Positions 1 through 8,943 of a stretch of 32,000 bases of DNA are shown here, one piece after another. Within the stretch, counting starts at the first letter, position 1; every line of letters begins with the position of its first letter. The translations under genes were made by a program, and so were the position numbers. The DNA is from Candidatus Pelagibacter ubique HTCC1062 (GTDB lineage: Bacteria > Pseudomonadota > Alphaproteobacteria > Pelagibacterales > Pelagibacteraceae). The stretch lies in assembly GCF_000012345.1 (NCBI RefSeq), contig NC_007205.1:540001-572000 (forward strand), read 5' to 3'. The notes under the pieces are model-generated. The model made no database searches, was not told the DNA's origin, and saw only the letters and a program-made list of their open reading frames with translations.

Positions 1-317
1 AAATCTAAATATTGACGAGAATTTGTTTTAGTTTTTTTATTTGTTATTGCGTAAAAATTTTTTGTTTTTTCAAATATATTTTTTGGAAAAAATGATTGAA
101 ATTTTTTTGTTGATTTTTGAACCTCTTTAACTGTGTCTTTAGATCTTGGATAGTGGTAACCTATATGAGCCCTCATTTGGTTTTTACCTGATGCCGATAG
201 TAAAATATCTTCTTTTCTTTCATATAAATCAACGTACACATTTTTTATTTCTGCTAGTTTTAATGATGCTAAGCATCCAAAAAAACCTCCACCAACAATT
301 GCAACTTTATGTTTCAT
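1..317 (-). CDS. DAO-type FAD/NAD(P)-binding oxidoreductase, N-terminal part (3' end runs off the window)
   Basis: Not in the ORF track. The reverse complement of 315-317 is ATG. It reads MKHKVAIVGGGFFGCLASLKLAE...SASGKNQMRAHIGYHYPRSKDTVKEV... with no stop down to position 1. There is a GxGxxG dinucleotide-binding motif at residues 8-13. The start overlaps the stop of the upstream Wzy-like gene by 11 nt. Confidence 0.6.
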   Translation of the reverse strand, partial: MKHKVAIVGGGFFGCLASLKLAEIKNVYVDLYERKEDILLSASGKNQMRAHIGYHYPRSKDTVKEVQKSTKKFQSFFPKNIFEKTKNFYAITNKKTKTNSRQYLD

Positions 318-1656
318 TTTTTTTATCTATTTTTACAAATTTTGATAAACTATTATATACGATAGCTATAAGTATAAGTTGAAGTGCACCTCCTAGTCCA
401 GAGGACAGATTACTTTCAGATGTAAGTGATATAAAGATACCTATTGATATCAACAAAAACGATAAGTAAGTATTTTTTTCTCTATTTTTATGAATGTAGA
501 AATTTAAAATTCTGTATACCAAACCATAAAATATAGCTAAAAAAATGATACCCAAAAATCTAAAATTTATATAAGCCTCAATTATTGTTGAGGCCCCCAC
601 GCTGGTACTTTTATTATAAGATGGAATTAGCTTATAATTTCTTCCATATTTGTTTCCAAAAGTTTCATGCGGTTTATCTTTCCAAAGTTGTCTTGGGATA
701 AATTTACTAAATAAGGGAATATAAGACTCACCATAAAGGAGTTTATGATTTTTTTTTGTCTCAATAATATATGAAAGCTGATCTAATTTATTTATTCTTG
801 AAATTGGGGCACCTAAAACAGAATAGATTACATTATTAGACTTGAAAGGTTTATTGACATTATAAATGTAAATTTTTTGTGAAAGTTTATTCCAATTATA
901 ATCCGAATAGCTTCTTAAATTTGTCTTCCAAATGAAAGTTGTAATTATAACTATAATACCTACAGTACCTAAAATTGTAACATTAATAAATGTTAATTTA
1001 TTTTTTAAATTTAAAAAAATACAAACAATAAAACTTAAAAAATAGAAATAAAAAATTAATTTGTAACTAATTGGTAAATTGTTTTTTGAACGCACCTCAA
1101 CAATATACAAAAACGCTAAGATAACCAGAATCATAAAAAGAGCTAATTCTTTTTTATTTTTGCTTGTAAACATCAGTGTACAACTAATAAAAAGAAAAAA
1201 TATTTTAGAAATTAAGATCAAGTTTTCAAAAAGATTAGACACTTTTCTTAATTCAAAATAATTAATAGTTAAAATAACAATAAAAAATAAAGAAAGTATT
1301 TGAAAATACTCCTTTTTTTTATTTTCAAGAAAATATACTTCGTAGTTTAAATGCTTATTTCTAAATACAAAAGTAAAAAAGGACGTTAAAAAAAATATTA
1401 ATACATATAGTAATGAAGTATATATACTTTCTGGATCTATCTTACGAACAATACCTTGTGGCTGAGATAAACTATAGTTGCCATTATCTGAAAAAGTGTC
1501 AACTTCATTAGCTTCAATATCCGTACCAAATGATCCTTCGTGATAAATTCGTATATTAATTTCATCACCATATATTAAAAACGGTAGTAAATAATTTGAT
1601 AAAGGAAACATTATTATAAAAAAATAAATTAAATGTGATGTTCTAATTTTTTGCAT
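307..1656 (-). CDS. Putative oligosaccharide repeat-unit polymerase (Wzy-like polytopic membrane protein)
   Basis: 449-aa ORF made almost entirely of hydrophobic segments. The C-terminal block STSVGASTIIEAYINFRFLGIIFLAIFYGLVY resembles the conserved (S/G)-x-I-x-E-x-Y-x-NFG-x-x-G block of O-unit polymerases. It lies immediately downstream of the flippase gene with a 14-nt overlap. Confidence 0.5.
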   Translation of the reverse strand: MQKIRTSHLIYFFIIMFPLSNYLLPFLIYGDEINIRIYHEGSFGTDIEANEVDTFSDNGNYSLSQPQGIVRKIDPESIYTSLLYVLIFFLTSFFTFVFRNKHLNYEVYFLENKKKEYFQILSLFFIVILTINYFELRKVSNLFENLILISKIFFLFISCTLMFTSKNKKELALFMILVILAFLYIVEVRSKNNLPISYKLIFYFYFLSFIVCIFLNLKNKLTFINVTILGTVGIIVIITTFIWKTNLRSYSDYNWNKLSQKIYIYNVNKPFKSNNVIYSVLGAPISRINKLDQLSYIIETKKNHKLLYGESYIPLFSKFIPRQLWKDKPHETFGNKYGRNYKLIPSYNKSTSVGASTIIEAYINFRFLGIIFLAIFYGLVYRILNFYIHKNREKNTYLSFLLISIGIFISLTSESNLSSGLGGALQLILIAIVYNSLSKFVKIDKKNET

Positions 1657-3016
1657 AATTTTTATAAATTTTTGATATAGCTTCTTTAAAATTTTTAAAT
1701 GAAAAAATTTTTATAAGGCTATTTCTTAAGTTGTCCTTCACCATTTTTGACGAGAAATCTAAAGCGTTATAAAAAATAATAAGATCACTTATTAAAAATA
1801 AAATAGCGACAATAAATAAATTTGGTTTAAAATCCATAAAAAAATAAAGAGATAAAATGAAAATTACCGCATTAATAAAGTTATATAGTGTAATCTTTTT
1901 AAAATTATTTGTTGAAGTGAGAAGGGCCACGGATGAATTAAATAAACTCTGAAAAAAAGTTGAAATCAAGAATATAAAAAAAAGATTTTGATTTATATTA
2001 AAATCTTTTCCAATCCAAAAATTAAAAATTAATTGATTAGAAAAACTTAATACCAATATAATAGCTATTGAAACATAGAAAGTAACCTGGATATTAAAAA
2101 TGAAAATTTTCTTTAAATTTTTTAATTGTTTACTTATCCATAATTTTGCTAATTCAATTTTTATAATACCATCGGTTATACTTGTAAGATTAACCATTAC
2201 TCTTGCTAATGTAAGATAAATAGATAAAAGAGCCACATATTTTGGGCCTAAAATTGAATTGATTATTAAATTGGTTGATTGATATTTTAAGGCGTTCGTA
2301 ATTGGAAATAACAAATAAGACAAAGCATGGTCCAGATTATTTTTAATATATTTTTTTTCTAATTTAAATTGAAATTTAATCCAATTATAACTTTTAACTA
2401 TGTCAAAAATTATGAAAATAAAAAAAAAAATTTTATTAATCAGAAAATACAGAACAATAGTTTCAAAATTGTAATTATTATATAGGCAATAGAATAACAA
2501 AAAAGTTTCTATAATTTTTGATAAATATCCTAATCTTATTTTAAAATAATATCTATTATGTGCAGCATATATGGATATAAAAAGTCCATTAAGCTGATGG
2601 ACAAAAGTATATATAATTAATATTATAGCTATTTTATAAAATTCGTTTGATTTAATAGGACCAAGTTTTAAAAAACCATTATCAAAAAATTCTTTTAATA
2701 TTAAGAAAAAAAGTAAAGAGAATATTGCGTTTAAAATTATACTCAAATTTAAAGTATTTAAAAAATTTTTTTGCGCTAAATCAAATTTGTTTACTTTGAT
2801 ATTCATATTTATCTGATTTTGACCAACAGTAGAAAAGCCCAAATCACTTATCATTATATAGGCTGGTAGTGAAAATATTATTAACCAAATTCCATAAACT
2901 TCAATTGTAGCAAGATTTAAAAAAATTATTGGTTCAATAAATTTAATTATTATATTTATGAACCTATCAACGACATTTTCAGAAGTTCCTTTCAAAATCC
3001 TATTAAGAATTATCAT
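1643..3016 (-). CDS. wzx: Polysaccharide flippase, Wzx / MOP superfamily
   Basis: 457-aa polytopic membrane protein. The N-terminal region (IIKFIEPIIFLNLATIEVYGIWLIIFSLPAYIMISDLGFS) and the overall length are typical of Wzx-type O-unit flippases. It has a 4-nt overlap with the upstream GT4 gene. Confidence 0.6.
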   Translation of the reverse strand: MIILNRILKGTSENVVDRFINIIIKFIEPIIFLNLATIEVYGIWLIIFSLPAYIMISDLGFSTVGQNQINMNIKVNKFDLAQKNFLNTLNLSIILNAIFSLLFFLILKEFFDNGFLKLGPIKSNEFYKIAIILIIYTFVHQLNGLFISIYAAHNRYYFKIRLGYLSKIIETFLLFYCLYNNYNFETIVLYFLINKIFFFIFIIFDIVKSYNWIKFQFKLEKKYIKNNLDHALSYLLFPITNALKYQSTNLIINSILGPKYVALLSIYLTLARVMVNLTSITDGIIKIELAKLWISKQLKNLKKIFIFNIQVTFYVSIAIILVLSFSNQLIFNFWIGKDFNINQNLFFIFLISTFFQSLFNSSVALLTSTNNFKKITLYNFINAVIFILSLYFFMDFKPNLFIVAILFLISDLIIFYNALDFSSKMVKDNLRNSLIKIFSFKNFKEAISKIYKNYAKN

Positions 3017-4170
3017 TTGGTCAAAATTTCATTATATTTTTTTACTAATCTCGCACCATAAGCTTCTATAGTTAATTTCTTTTTTGCTATTATTGTTATT
3101 TCATTAGAATATTTTTTTAGATTTTCTGGATTTAATATAAAGTGGTTAATTTTTTCAGAAATTTGTTTAGGTGATCTGATATCTACTTCATCTCCTTTAA
3201 TATTTTCATCGTAAAAAAAATCTATGCCTCCTGTATTTTTTGTAAAAATAATTGGAGTACCACAAAAAAGCGATTGAATTTGAACAATAGATTGGCCCTC
3301 TTCTATAGCTGGTTGAACTAAACAATCAGCATTATTATAAAATTTATATAGTTGATTTTGATTAATATGACCAAATAATTTAATATTTTTTTTATCTGGT
3401 ATAATTGATTTTAAAAAGTCAGATATTTCTCCAACTATATGAAGTTCTATATTTTCATTATTTAAAATTTTAATTGCATCTAATAAATAATGTATTCCTT
3501 TTCTCACTTCAGTTGAACCTACGTATAAAACTATAAACTTATCATTTTTTTTTGTTTTATTAGCTCTTATGAATTGATTTTCATCTATCCCGTAATTGAT
3601 AACAATAATTTTTTCTTTATCAATACCATTATCTGTAAAAGTTTTTTTAACAAATGATGATGGTACAGATATATAATCAGCTAAATCATATTCCTTCAAT
3701 TGTTTTGCAATCAATGCTGTGTTATTTAAAAACTTGGGCTCTTTTAGACCCAATAACTTATATTCCTCTTTTAATATTTCTTGTTGAAATAAAGCATGAG
3801 AAGAGCCTCTCTCTAAAATTTTAATTGTTTTTGTTTTTTTTAGTTTTTCGAAAATTTCTAGAGATTTACTGGACCAACTTACGACTATGTCATTATCCAT
3901 ATCTATCTTTTTAGCTACTGACTTACTATATAAATTTGAGACAAATGGATTTATATCAATTTTTATGATTTTAAATTTTTGTAAAAATCTCAATAGTCTT
4001 GACAAAATTTCATAAAAAAAAAGGCTTTTAATATTTTTACTTGGTAATTTAGGTTTAACCAAAAATTTAGGATATGAGGTTATAATTTTATTTAAATGAT
4101 TAGCTTTATGCAATGCTTTTGCCATGTAAAATGCATGAAATTTTCCAAATAATGAAATAGAGACTTTCAT
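3013..4170 (-). CDS. Glycosyltransferase, GT4 (GT-B fold)
   Basis: 385 aa. C-terminal nucleotide-sugar-binding block LYVGSTEVRKGIHYLLDAIKIL ... VQPAIEEGQSIVQIQSLFCGTPIIFTKNTGG (the E-x7-E region of GT4 enzymes). Confidence 0.75.
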   Translation of the reverse strand: MKVSISLFGKFHAFYMAKALHKANHLNKIITSYPKFLVKPKLPSKNIKSLFFYEILSRLLRFLQKFKIIKIDINPFVSNLYSKSVAKKIDMDNDIVVSWSSKSLEIFEKLKKTKTIKILERGSSHALFQQEILKEEYKLLGLKEPKFLNNTALIAKQLKEYDLADYISVPSSFVKKTFTDNGIDKEKIIVINYGIDENQFIRANKTKKNDKFIVLYVGSTEVRKGIHYLLDAIKILNNENIELHIVGEISDFLKSIIPDKKNIKLFGHINQNQLYKFYNNADCLVQPAIEEGQSIVQIQSLFCGTPIIFTKNTGGIDFFYDENIKGDEVDIRSPKQISEKINHFILNPENLKKYSNEITIIAKKKLTIEAYGARLVKKYNEILTK

Positions 4171-5240
4171 GTTTTAAAATTTATTATTTTTAATAATTGA
4201 GATGAGTAATTAAACAATCCTTCATTTACTTTTTTAAAACCATTATTTTTTATTTTTTCTCTTAACTTACTATTATTTAAAAAATATTTTACAGTTTTAA
4301 GTAATTCTAATTTATTATGATTAAAAAAAACTAGTTCTTTATTATTTTTAAAAATTTTTTTAATATATGGAGAATACTCGCTTAACATAAATCCTCCAGC
4401 AGCGAGAATTTCGACAGTTTTTGAATTATAAACATCTTGATTGTCTTTTCTTAAAAAACCCATATTTATTTTGGATGAAAAAATAGTTTTGTAAAATTTT
4501 GCACCATAGATTGCCTTTCCCTTTATGATTAAATTTTTATTTGATTTAATATTCTGCCAGCCATTTCCAAAAACAGTTACTTTAATATCATTTTGAGACA
4601 GATACTCTAGTAATTCAAATCTTTCTTTTTCATAAGTTCCTATGAAAGTAACATCGTATAAATATTTTTTTTTTCCTAATTTTTTTTTAATTTTTGTAAC
4701 TCCAGGAAAACATCTAATTTTAAAATTTTTATTTAAAATATTTAAGTATTTTTCATTGAAAGGCTGTCTATAAATAATTTTATCAAAATATCTTAAAGAA
4801 AAAATTAAATTAAAGGTAAAGTAATTTTGATGAAGTAGTGGATCAATAAAAAGAGCGATAATTTCAATACCTTTATGTTCCTTTTTAATTTTTTTTAATG
4901 TTGAACCGTAAATATTGAAAGGTTGAATTATAATGATTTTTTGAAAATTATTATAATTAAGTTCATCTATTATCTTTTTATTTATATTAAACTGATCATA
5001 AAAAATTTTAAATTTAAGCAGTATTTTTGTAAAAATTGAAAAATCCAATTTTTTTTTATTAGATGGATATATAATTTTTGATTTTTTGAATTTTATTGCC
5101 TTTAAGGAATTTATTGCATTTGACCAAGCGTTTTTTGAGTTATTTGAAATAATTAGAGTTTTAAAATTTGAATTAAGATTATTTGTTGTATTTCTTAAAT
5201 TTAGTATTTTAATATTATTTTTTGTATGGTAAATTTTCAT
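4167..5240 (-). CDS. CgeB-like glycosyltransferase (Glyco_trans_1_2 / DUF3880-type)
   Basis: 357 aa. The C-terminal half (DVTFIGTYEKERFELLEYL ... NSKTVEILAAGGFMLSEYSPYIKKIF...ELVFFNHNKLELLKTVKYFLNN..LREKIKNNG) matches the pattern of CgeB-family glycosyltransferases. Confidence 0.5.
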   Translation of the reverse strand: MKIYHTKNNIKILNLRNTTNNLNSNFKTLIISNNSKNAWSNAINSLKAIKFKKSKIIYPSNKKKLDFSIFTKILLKFKIFYDQFNINKKIIDELNYNNFQKIIIIQPFNIYGSTLKKIKKEHKGIEIIALFIDPLLHQNYFTFNLIFSLRYFDKIIYRQPFNEKYLNILNKNFKIRCFPGVTKIKKKLGKKKYLYDVTFIGTYEKERFELLEYLSQNDIKVTVFGNGWQNIKSNKNLIIKGKAIYGAKFYKTIFSSKINMGFLRKDNQDVYNSKTVEILAAGGFMLSEYSPYIKKIFKNNKELVFFNHNKLELLKTVKYFLNNSKLREKIKNNGFKKVNEGLFNYSSQLLKIINFKT

Positions 5241-5258
5241 GAATTTTTTGAACTTCCA

Positions 5259-6092
5259 ATGAATAATCTTTGTATAATAATTTTAACTTTTAATGAAGAA
5301 CTAAATATTAAAAAATGCTTAGGGTCGATAAAGAATTTTGCTGATGAAATTATCATAATAGACTCCTTTAGTACTGATAATACTAAAAGTATATGTGAGA
5401 ATTATAAAGTAAAGTTTGTTCAAAATAAATTTGTTAATCAGGCTAAACAATTTAATTGGGCTTTATCAAATGTAGAAGTCAAGTCAGAATGGATAATGAG
5501 ATTAGATGCTGATGAAGAGGTAACCGAAAATTTAGCAAGAGAGATAAAAAAAAATATTAATATAGAAAGTGAAAATAATGGATTTTATATTAATAGAAAA
5601 TTGATTTGGTGTAGAAAATGGATAAGGCATGGGGGTATCTATCCACTTTGGTTAGCTAGAGTTTTTAAAAGAGGAAAAGCTGTTTATGAAGAGAGAACTG
5701 AAGAACATTTATTGATAGAAGGAAAAACAAGTAAAATTAGAGGAGATTTAATAGAAAATAATTTAAAAAATAAAATAGAATTTTTTACACTTAAACATTT
5801 GGATACAGCAAAAGGAGAGGCCAAAGAAATTTTTGATAAAAACTTTAATAAGAATATTTCTTCAGATCAAATTTATAACAAAAGTAAAATTAGAAGGTTT
5901 TTTAAAATAAATTTATTTAATAAAATGCCACTATTTTTTAGATCTACATCATATTTTATTTATAGGTATATTTTTAGATTAGGTTTTCTAGATGGAAAAG
6001 AAGGTTTTACATTTCATTTTTTTCAAGCTTTTTGGTATAGGATGTTTATAGATATGTTGGTTGATGAAAAAAAAAAAAATGAAAAAAAATAA
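5259..6092 (+). CDS. Glycosyltransferase, GT2
   Basis: N-terminus MNNLCIIILTFNEELNIKKCLGSIKNFADEIIIIDSFSTDNT, followed by RLDADE (DxD). The track starts the ORF at 5226, but that would overlap the divergent gene start at 5240. The ATG at 5259 sits directly before the conserved GT2 core. Confidence 0.75.
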   Translation: MNNLCIIILTFNEELNIKKCLGSIKNFADEIIIIDSFSTDNTKSICENYKVKFVQNKFVNQAKQFNWALSNVEVKSEWIMRLDADEEVTENLAREIKKNINIESENNGFYINRKLIWCRKWIRHGGIYPLWLARVFKRGKAVYEERTEEHLLIEGKTSKIRGDLIENNLKNKIEFFTLKHLDTAKGEAKEIFDKNFNKNISSDQIYNKSKIRRFFKINLFNKMPLFFRSTSYFIYRYIFRLGFLDGKEGFTFHFFQAFWYRMFIDMLVDEKKKNEKK

Positions 6093-7206
6093 AATTTCAC
6101 CTTTTTATTTTGATTTAAATAAAAGTGAAAGAAAACACTTATTAAATGATTTTTCTGAAATTTTAAAAAATGGTAAATTAATTTTAGGAGATCAAACAAT
6201 AAAATTTGAAAAAAAATTTGCAAAAGAAGTATCAACAAAATATGCAGTTGCTGTTAATTCGGGGACAACAGCTTTACAAATTTTATTGATGTTAAGTATT
6301 AAAACTAAAAATTCTTTAGTTGCAGTACCAACCAATACGAATTTTGCGACAGTTGCAGCAATCTTATATGCAGGCGGTAAACCTTTTTATTTAGATATGG
6401 ATGAAAAATTTTTTGCTCCTAAATATGATGATTTTTTATATTTCTATAAAAAATATAAATTTAAGGGAATTGTTTGGGTACATATAGGAGGAATAATCTC
6501 ACCAGATTTTTTAAAAGTAAGAAATTTTTGTAATAAAAAAAAATTATTTTTAATAGAAGATTGTGCCCATGCACATGGAAGCTCTATAAAAGGTATTAAT
6601 GCTGGAGCAAAATCAACTGGTGGAGCTTTTTCTTTTTTCCCAACAAAAGTAATGACGACAATGGAAGGTGGTATGATCACGACTAATGATGAATCAATAT
6701 ATAAAAGATCAATGTCCTTAAGAAATCAAGGTAAGAGAGCTGGTAATTTTGGAGGACTTCATCATGATCTTGGAAACAGCTGGAGAATATTAGAAGTGTC
6801 AGCAACCCTGGGATTAATACAGTTAAAAAAGCTTAAAACAATGCTACGTAAAAGAAAAAAAATTTTTGATATTTATTCAAAAGTTTTTGAAAAAAAGAAA
6901 ATTCCTTTTTGTAAAACCGATCATATGGATAGGTGTAGCAATTATAAGATGATAGTTTTTGCAAAAAGTATAGAACATAAAAAAAATTTAAAACAAAAAT
7001 TGTTTAAAGAAGGTGTGGTGTGTGGAGGTGAAGTATACGAAATACCTTGTCACAGACAACCTGTCTTTAAAAAATTAGTTAAATCAAAAAGCTCCTTAAA
7101 AAGATCAGAATATTTTTGCTCGATTCATTTTTGCCCTCCACTTACTTCAGGTATGTCAGAGAAGGATGCTAAATATTGTGCTGAAATGATTGGTAAGATT
7201 TATTAA
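6079..7206 (+). CDS. DegT/DnrJ/EryC1/StrS-family PLP-dependent sugar aminotransferase
   Basis: Contains GDQTIKFEKKFAKEV, AVNSGTTALQ, EDCAHAHGS and FSFFPTKVMTTMEGGMITTND (PLP-lysine block). The start is ambiguous: TTG 6061, ATG 6064 or ATG 6079. All three lie in or next to an A13 tract and overlap the GT2 stop at 6090-6092. Confidence 0.85.
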   Translation: MKKNKISPFYFDLNKSERKHLLNDFSEILKNGKLILGDQTIKFEKKFAKEVSTKYAVAVNSGTTALQILLMLSIKTKNSLVAVPTNTNFATVAAILYAGGKPFYLDMDEKFFAPKYDDFLYFYKKYKFKGIVWVHIGGIISPDFLKVRNFCNKKKLFLIEDCAHAHGSSIKGINAGAKSTGGAFSFFPTKVMTTMEGGMITTNDESIYKRSMSLRNQGKRAGNFGGLHHDLGNSWRILEVSATLGLIQLKKLKTMLRKRKKIFDIYSKVFEKKKIPFCKTDHMDRCSNYKMIVFAKSIEHKKNLKQKLFKEGVVCGGEVYEIPCHRQPVFKKLVKSKSSLKRSEYFCSIHFCPPLTSGMSEKDAKYCAEMIGKIY

Positions 7207-7209
7207 TCA

Positions 7210-8943
7210 ATGCTTAAAAACAAAATTATATTAGGGTTAAATGCATTTCATGCTGACTCTTCTGCTGCAATTACAATAGATAATGAGATAATAGCTGCCG
7301 CAGAAGAGGAGCGATTTAATAGAAAAAAACATTGGAGTGGTTTTCCATTAGAATCAATAAAATTTTGTTTAGAAAAATCAAATATTAATTTTAAAGACAT
7401 CACAGATGTGGCAATTAATTCTAATCAATTTTCAAATATAAACCAAAAAATTTTTTATTCATTAATAAATCTTAAATTTGAAAATTTATCAAAATTTATA
7501 AAAAGAAATAAAAAAAAATTTTTAATTCAGAATATTATTGACTATAATTTTGGAAAAAAAAATAATTATAAATTTCATAGGATTGATCATCATTTAGCAC
7601 ATCTTGCTTCAGCCTTTTATCCATCTGGGTACAGTAAAGCACTTGGCTTAAGTATTGATGGAATGGGTGATTTTTGCAGTATCGCTGTAGCTGATTGTAA
7701 TTTAGATAACAAAAATAAAATTAACATAATAAAAAGAATTTTTTACCCAAATTCACTAGGAATTTTATATGAGAGTATTACTCAATTTCTTGGATTTGAT
7801 AAATATGGTGAAGAATATAAAGTAATGGGATTGGCTCCATATGGAAATCCAATTTATTTAAATGAAATTTCGAAATTATTTTTAGGTGATTTTGAGTTAG
7901 ATCTTAAATTTTTTAATCATGATAAAAAAAATTATAATTATAAATTTGAAGGTACTCCTGTTCAAGAGACATTATTAAATAAAAAGTTTTATGATATATT
8001 GGGAAGCCCAAGATCTTCAAATGAAAGTTTAGAGCAATTTCATATGGATGTTGCTGCATCACTTCAAAAGGTATTTGAAGAAAAAATTTTTGTTTTGATA
8101 AACCAAAATTTGCATATTGATAATAAAAGATTAGTTTTGGCTGGAGGATGTGCAATGAATTCATCATGCAATGGAAAAATAGTAGAAAAAAAAATATTTG
8201 AGAATATTTTTATTCCACCAGCCCCAGGAGATGCAGGTGGAGCAATTGGTTCAGCTCTTGTGGTGCTAGAAAGAAATCAAAAATTTTTAGAACTTAAAAA
8301 TTTTAAAAATCCTTACTTGGGAAAATCATATTCTAATGATGAAATTTATAGATTTATTGAAACAAAAATTGATAAAAAAAAATTTCAGATAGAAAAATTT
8401 AATGATGATGCTTCTTTACTTAAAAACACTGTAAAACTATTATTATCCCAAAAGATTATTGGCTGGTTTCAGGGTTCTATGGAATTCGGTTCAAGAGCTC
8501 TGGGGAATAGATCGATAATATGCGATCCAAGACTTAAGCATGCCAGGGATTTAATAAATACAAAAATAAAATTTAGAGAGAAGTTTAGACCATTTGCTCC
8601 ATCTATTCTAGAGGAGGAAGTTGATAAGTGGTTTGATAGTGAAAATAAATCTTCATATATGTCATTTGTATATAAAATTAAAAAAGATAAACAAAAAATT
8701 ATTCCTGCTGTCACTCATGTTGATGGAACAGGTAGACTTCAAACAGTTTCGAGAAATATCAATAAAAAATTTTATGATTTGATAAAAGAATTTAATCAAA
8801 ATACTTCAGTGCCAATATTATTAAATACGTCATTTAATGAAAATGAACCTATTGTAGAAAGTCCATTAAATGCAATTAATACTTTTTTAAAAACAAAAAT
8901 GGATGTTTTAGTATTAGAAAATTATGTTATTTCAAGAAAATAA
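7210..8943 (+). CDS. Carbamoyltransferase, NodU/CmcH family
   Basis: 577 aa. Contains ILGLNAFHADSSAAI, EERFNRKKHWSGFP, HHLAHLASAFYPSG (metal-binding His cluster), GGCAMNS, RPFAPS, HVDGTGRLQTV and LNTSFNENEPIV. Together these are the characteristic NodU/CmcH/TobZ motifs. Confidence 0.85.
   Translation: MLKNKIILGLNAFHADSSAAITIDNEIIAAAEEERFNRKKHWSGFPLESIKFCLEKSNINFKDITDVAINSNQFSNINQKIFYSLINLKFENLSKFIKRNKKKFLIQNIIDYNFGKKNNYKFHRIDHHLAHLASAFYPSGYSKALGLSIDGMGDFCSIAVADCNLDNKNKINIIKRIFYPNSLGILYESITQFLGFDKYGEEYKVMGLAPYGNPIYLNEISKLFLGDFELDLKFFNHDKKNYNYKFEGTPVQETLLNKKFYDILGSPRSSNESLEQFHMDVAASLQKVFEEKIFVLINQNLHIDNKRLVLAGGCAMNSSCNGKIVEKKIFENIFIPPAPGDAGGAIGSALVVLERNQKFLELKNFKNPYLGKSYSNDEIYRFIETKIDKKKFQIEKFNDDASLLKNTVKLLLSQKIIGWFQGSMEFGSRALGNRSIICDPRLKHARDLINTKIKFREKFRPFAPSILEEEVDKWFDSENKSSYMSFVYKIKKDKQKIIPAVTHVDGTGRLQTVSRNINKKFYDLIKEFNQNTSVPILLNTSFNENEPIVESPLNAINTFLKTKMDVLVLENYVISRK

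Noticed and set aside
146-382. Short ORFs in the track that lie antisense to, or nested in, longer genes: 146-382, 1079-1261, 6023-6238, 6444-6680, 7913-8167, 8469-8714, 9486-9674, 11531-11731, 12020-12253, 13363-13599, 17118-17321, 20195-20395, 21225-21482, 26890-27099 and 29015-29200.
   Set aside because: Each is fully contained in, or mostly overlaps, a longer ORF with clear family motifs. Their translations are low-complexity, have no recognisable motifs, and are what A+T-rich (stop-poor antisense) DNA produces by chance.
5226-5258. Upstream ATG (5226) for the GT2 gene, as in the ORF track.
   Set aside because: It would make the two divergent genes overlap at their 5' ends (5226-5240). 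The added 11 residues (MVNFHEFFELP) precede the conserved GT2 N-terminus, which begins right after the ATG at 5259.
6067-6079. Long homopolymer tracts inside or between glycan genes, considered as slipped-strand phase-variation switches. They are:
- A13 at 6067-6079, at the GT2 stop / DegT start junction;
- A13 at 23799-23811 in the terminal SDR;
- T12 at 13081-13092 in a GT4;
- A11 at 2420-2430 (Wzx);
- A11 at 14876-14886;
- A11 at 19891-19901.
   Set aside because: Tracts of the same length occur in housekeeping genes here (A11 at 26289-26299 in pntAB; A10 at 23344-23353 in fcl). All of them simply encode Lys or Phe runs in an extremely A+T-rich genome, so they are expected from composition. 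All tracts are currently in frame. Only population or read-level length heterogeneity at these sites would revive the idea, with the 6067-6079 junction tract as the best candidate.
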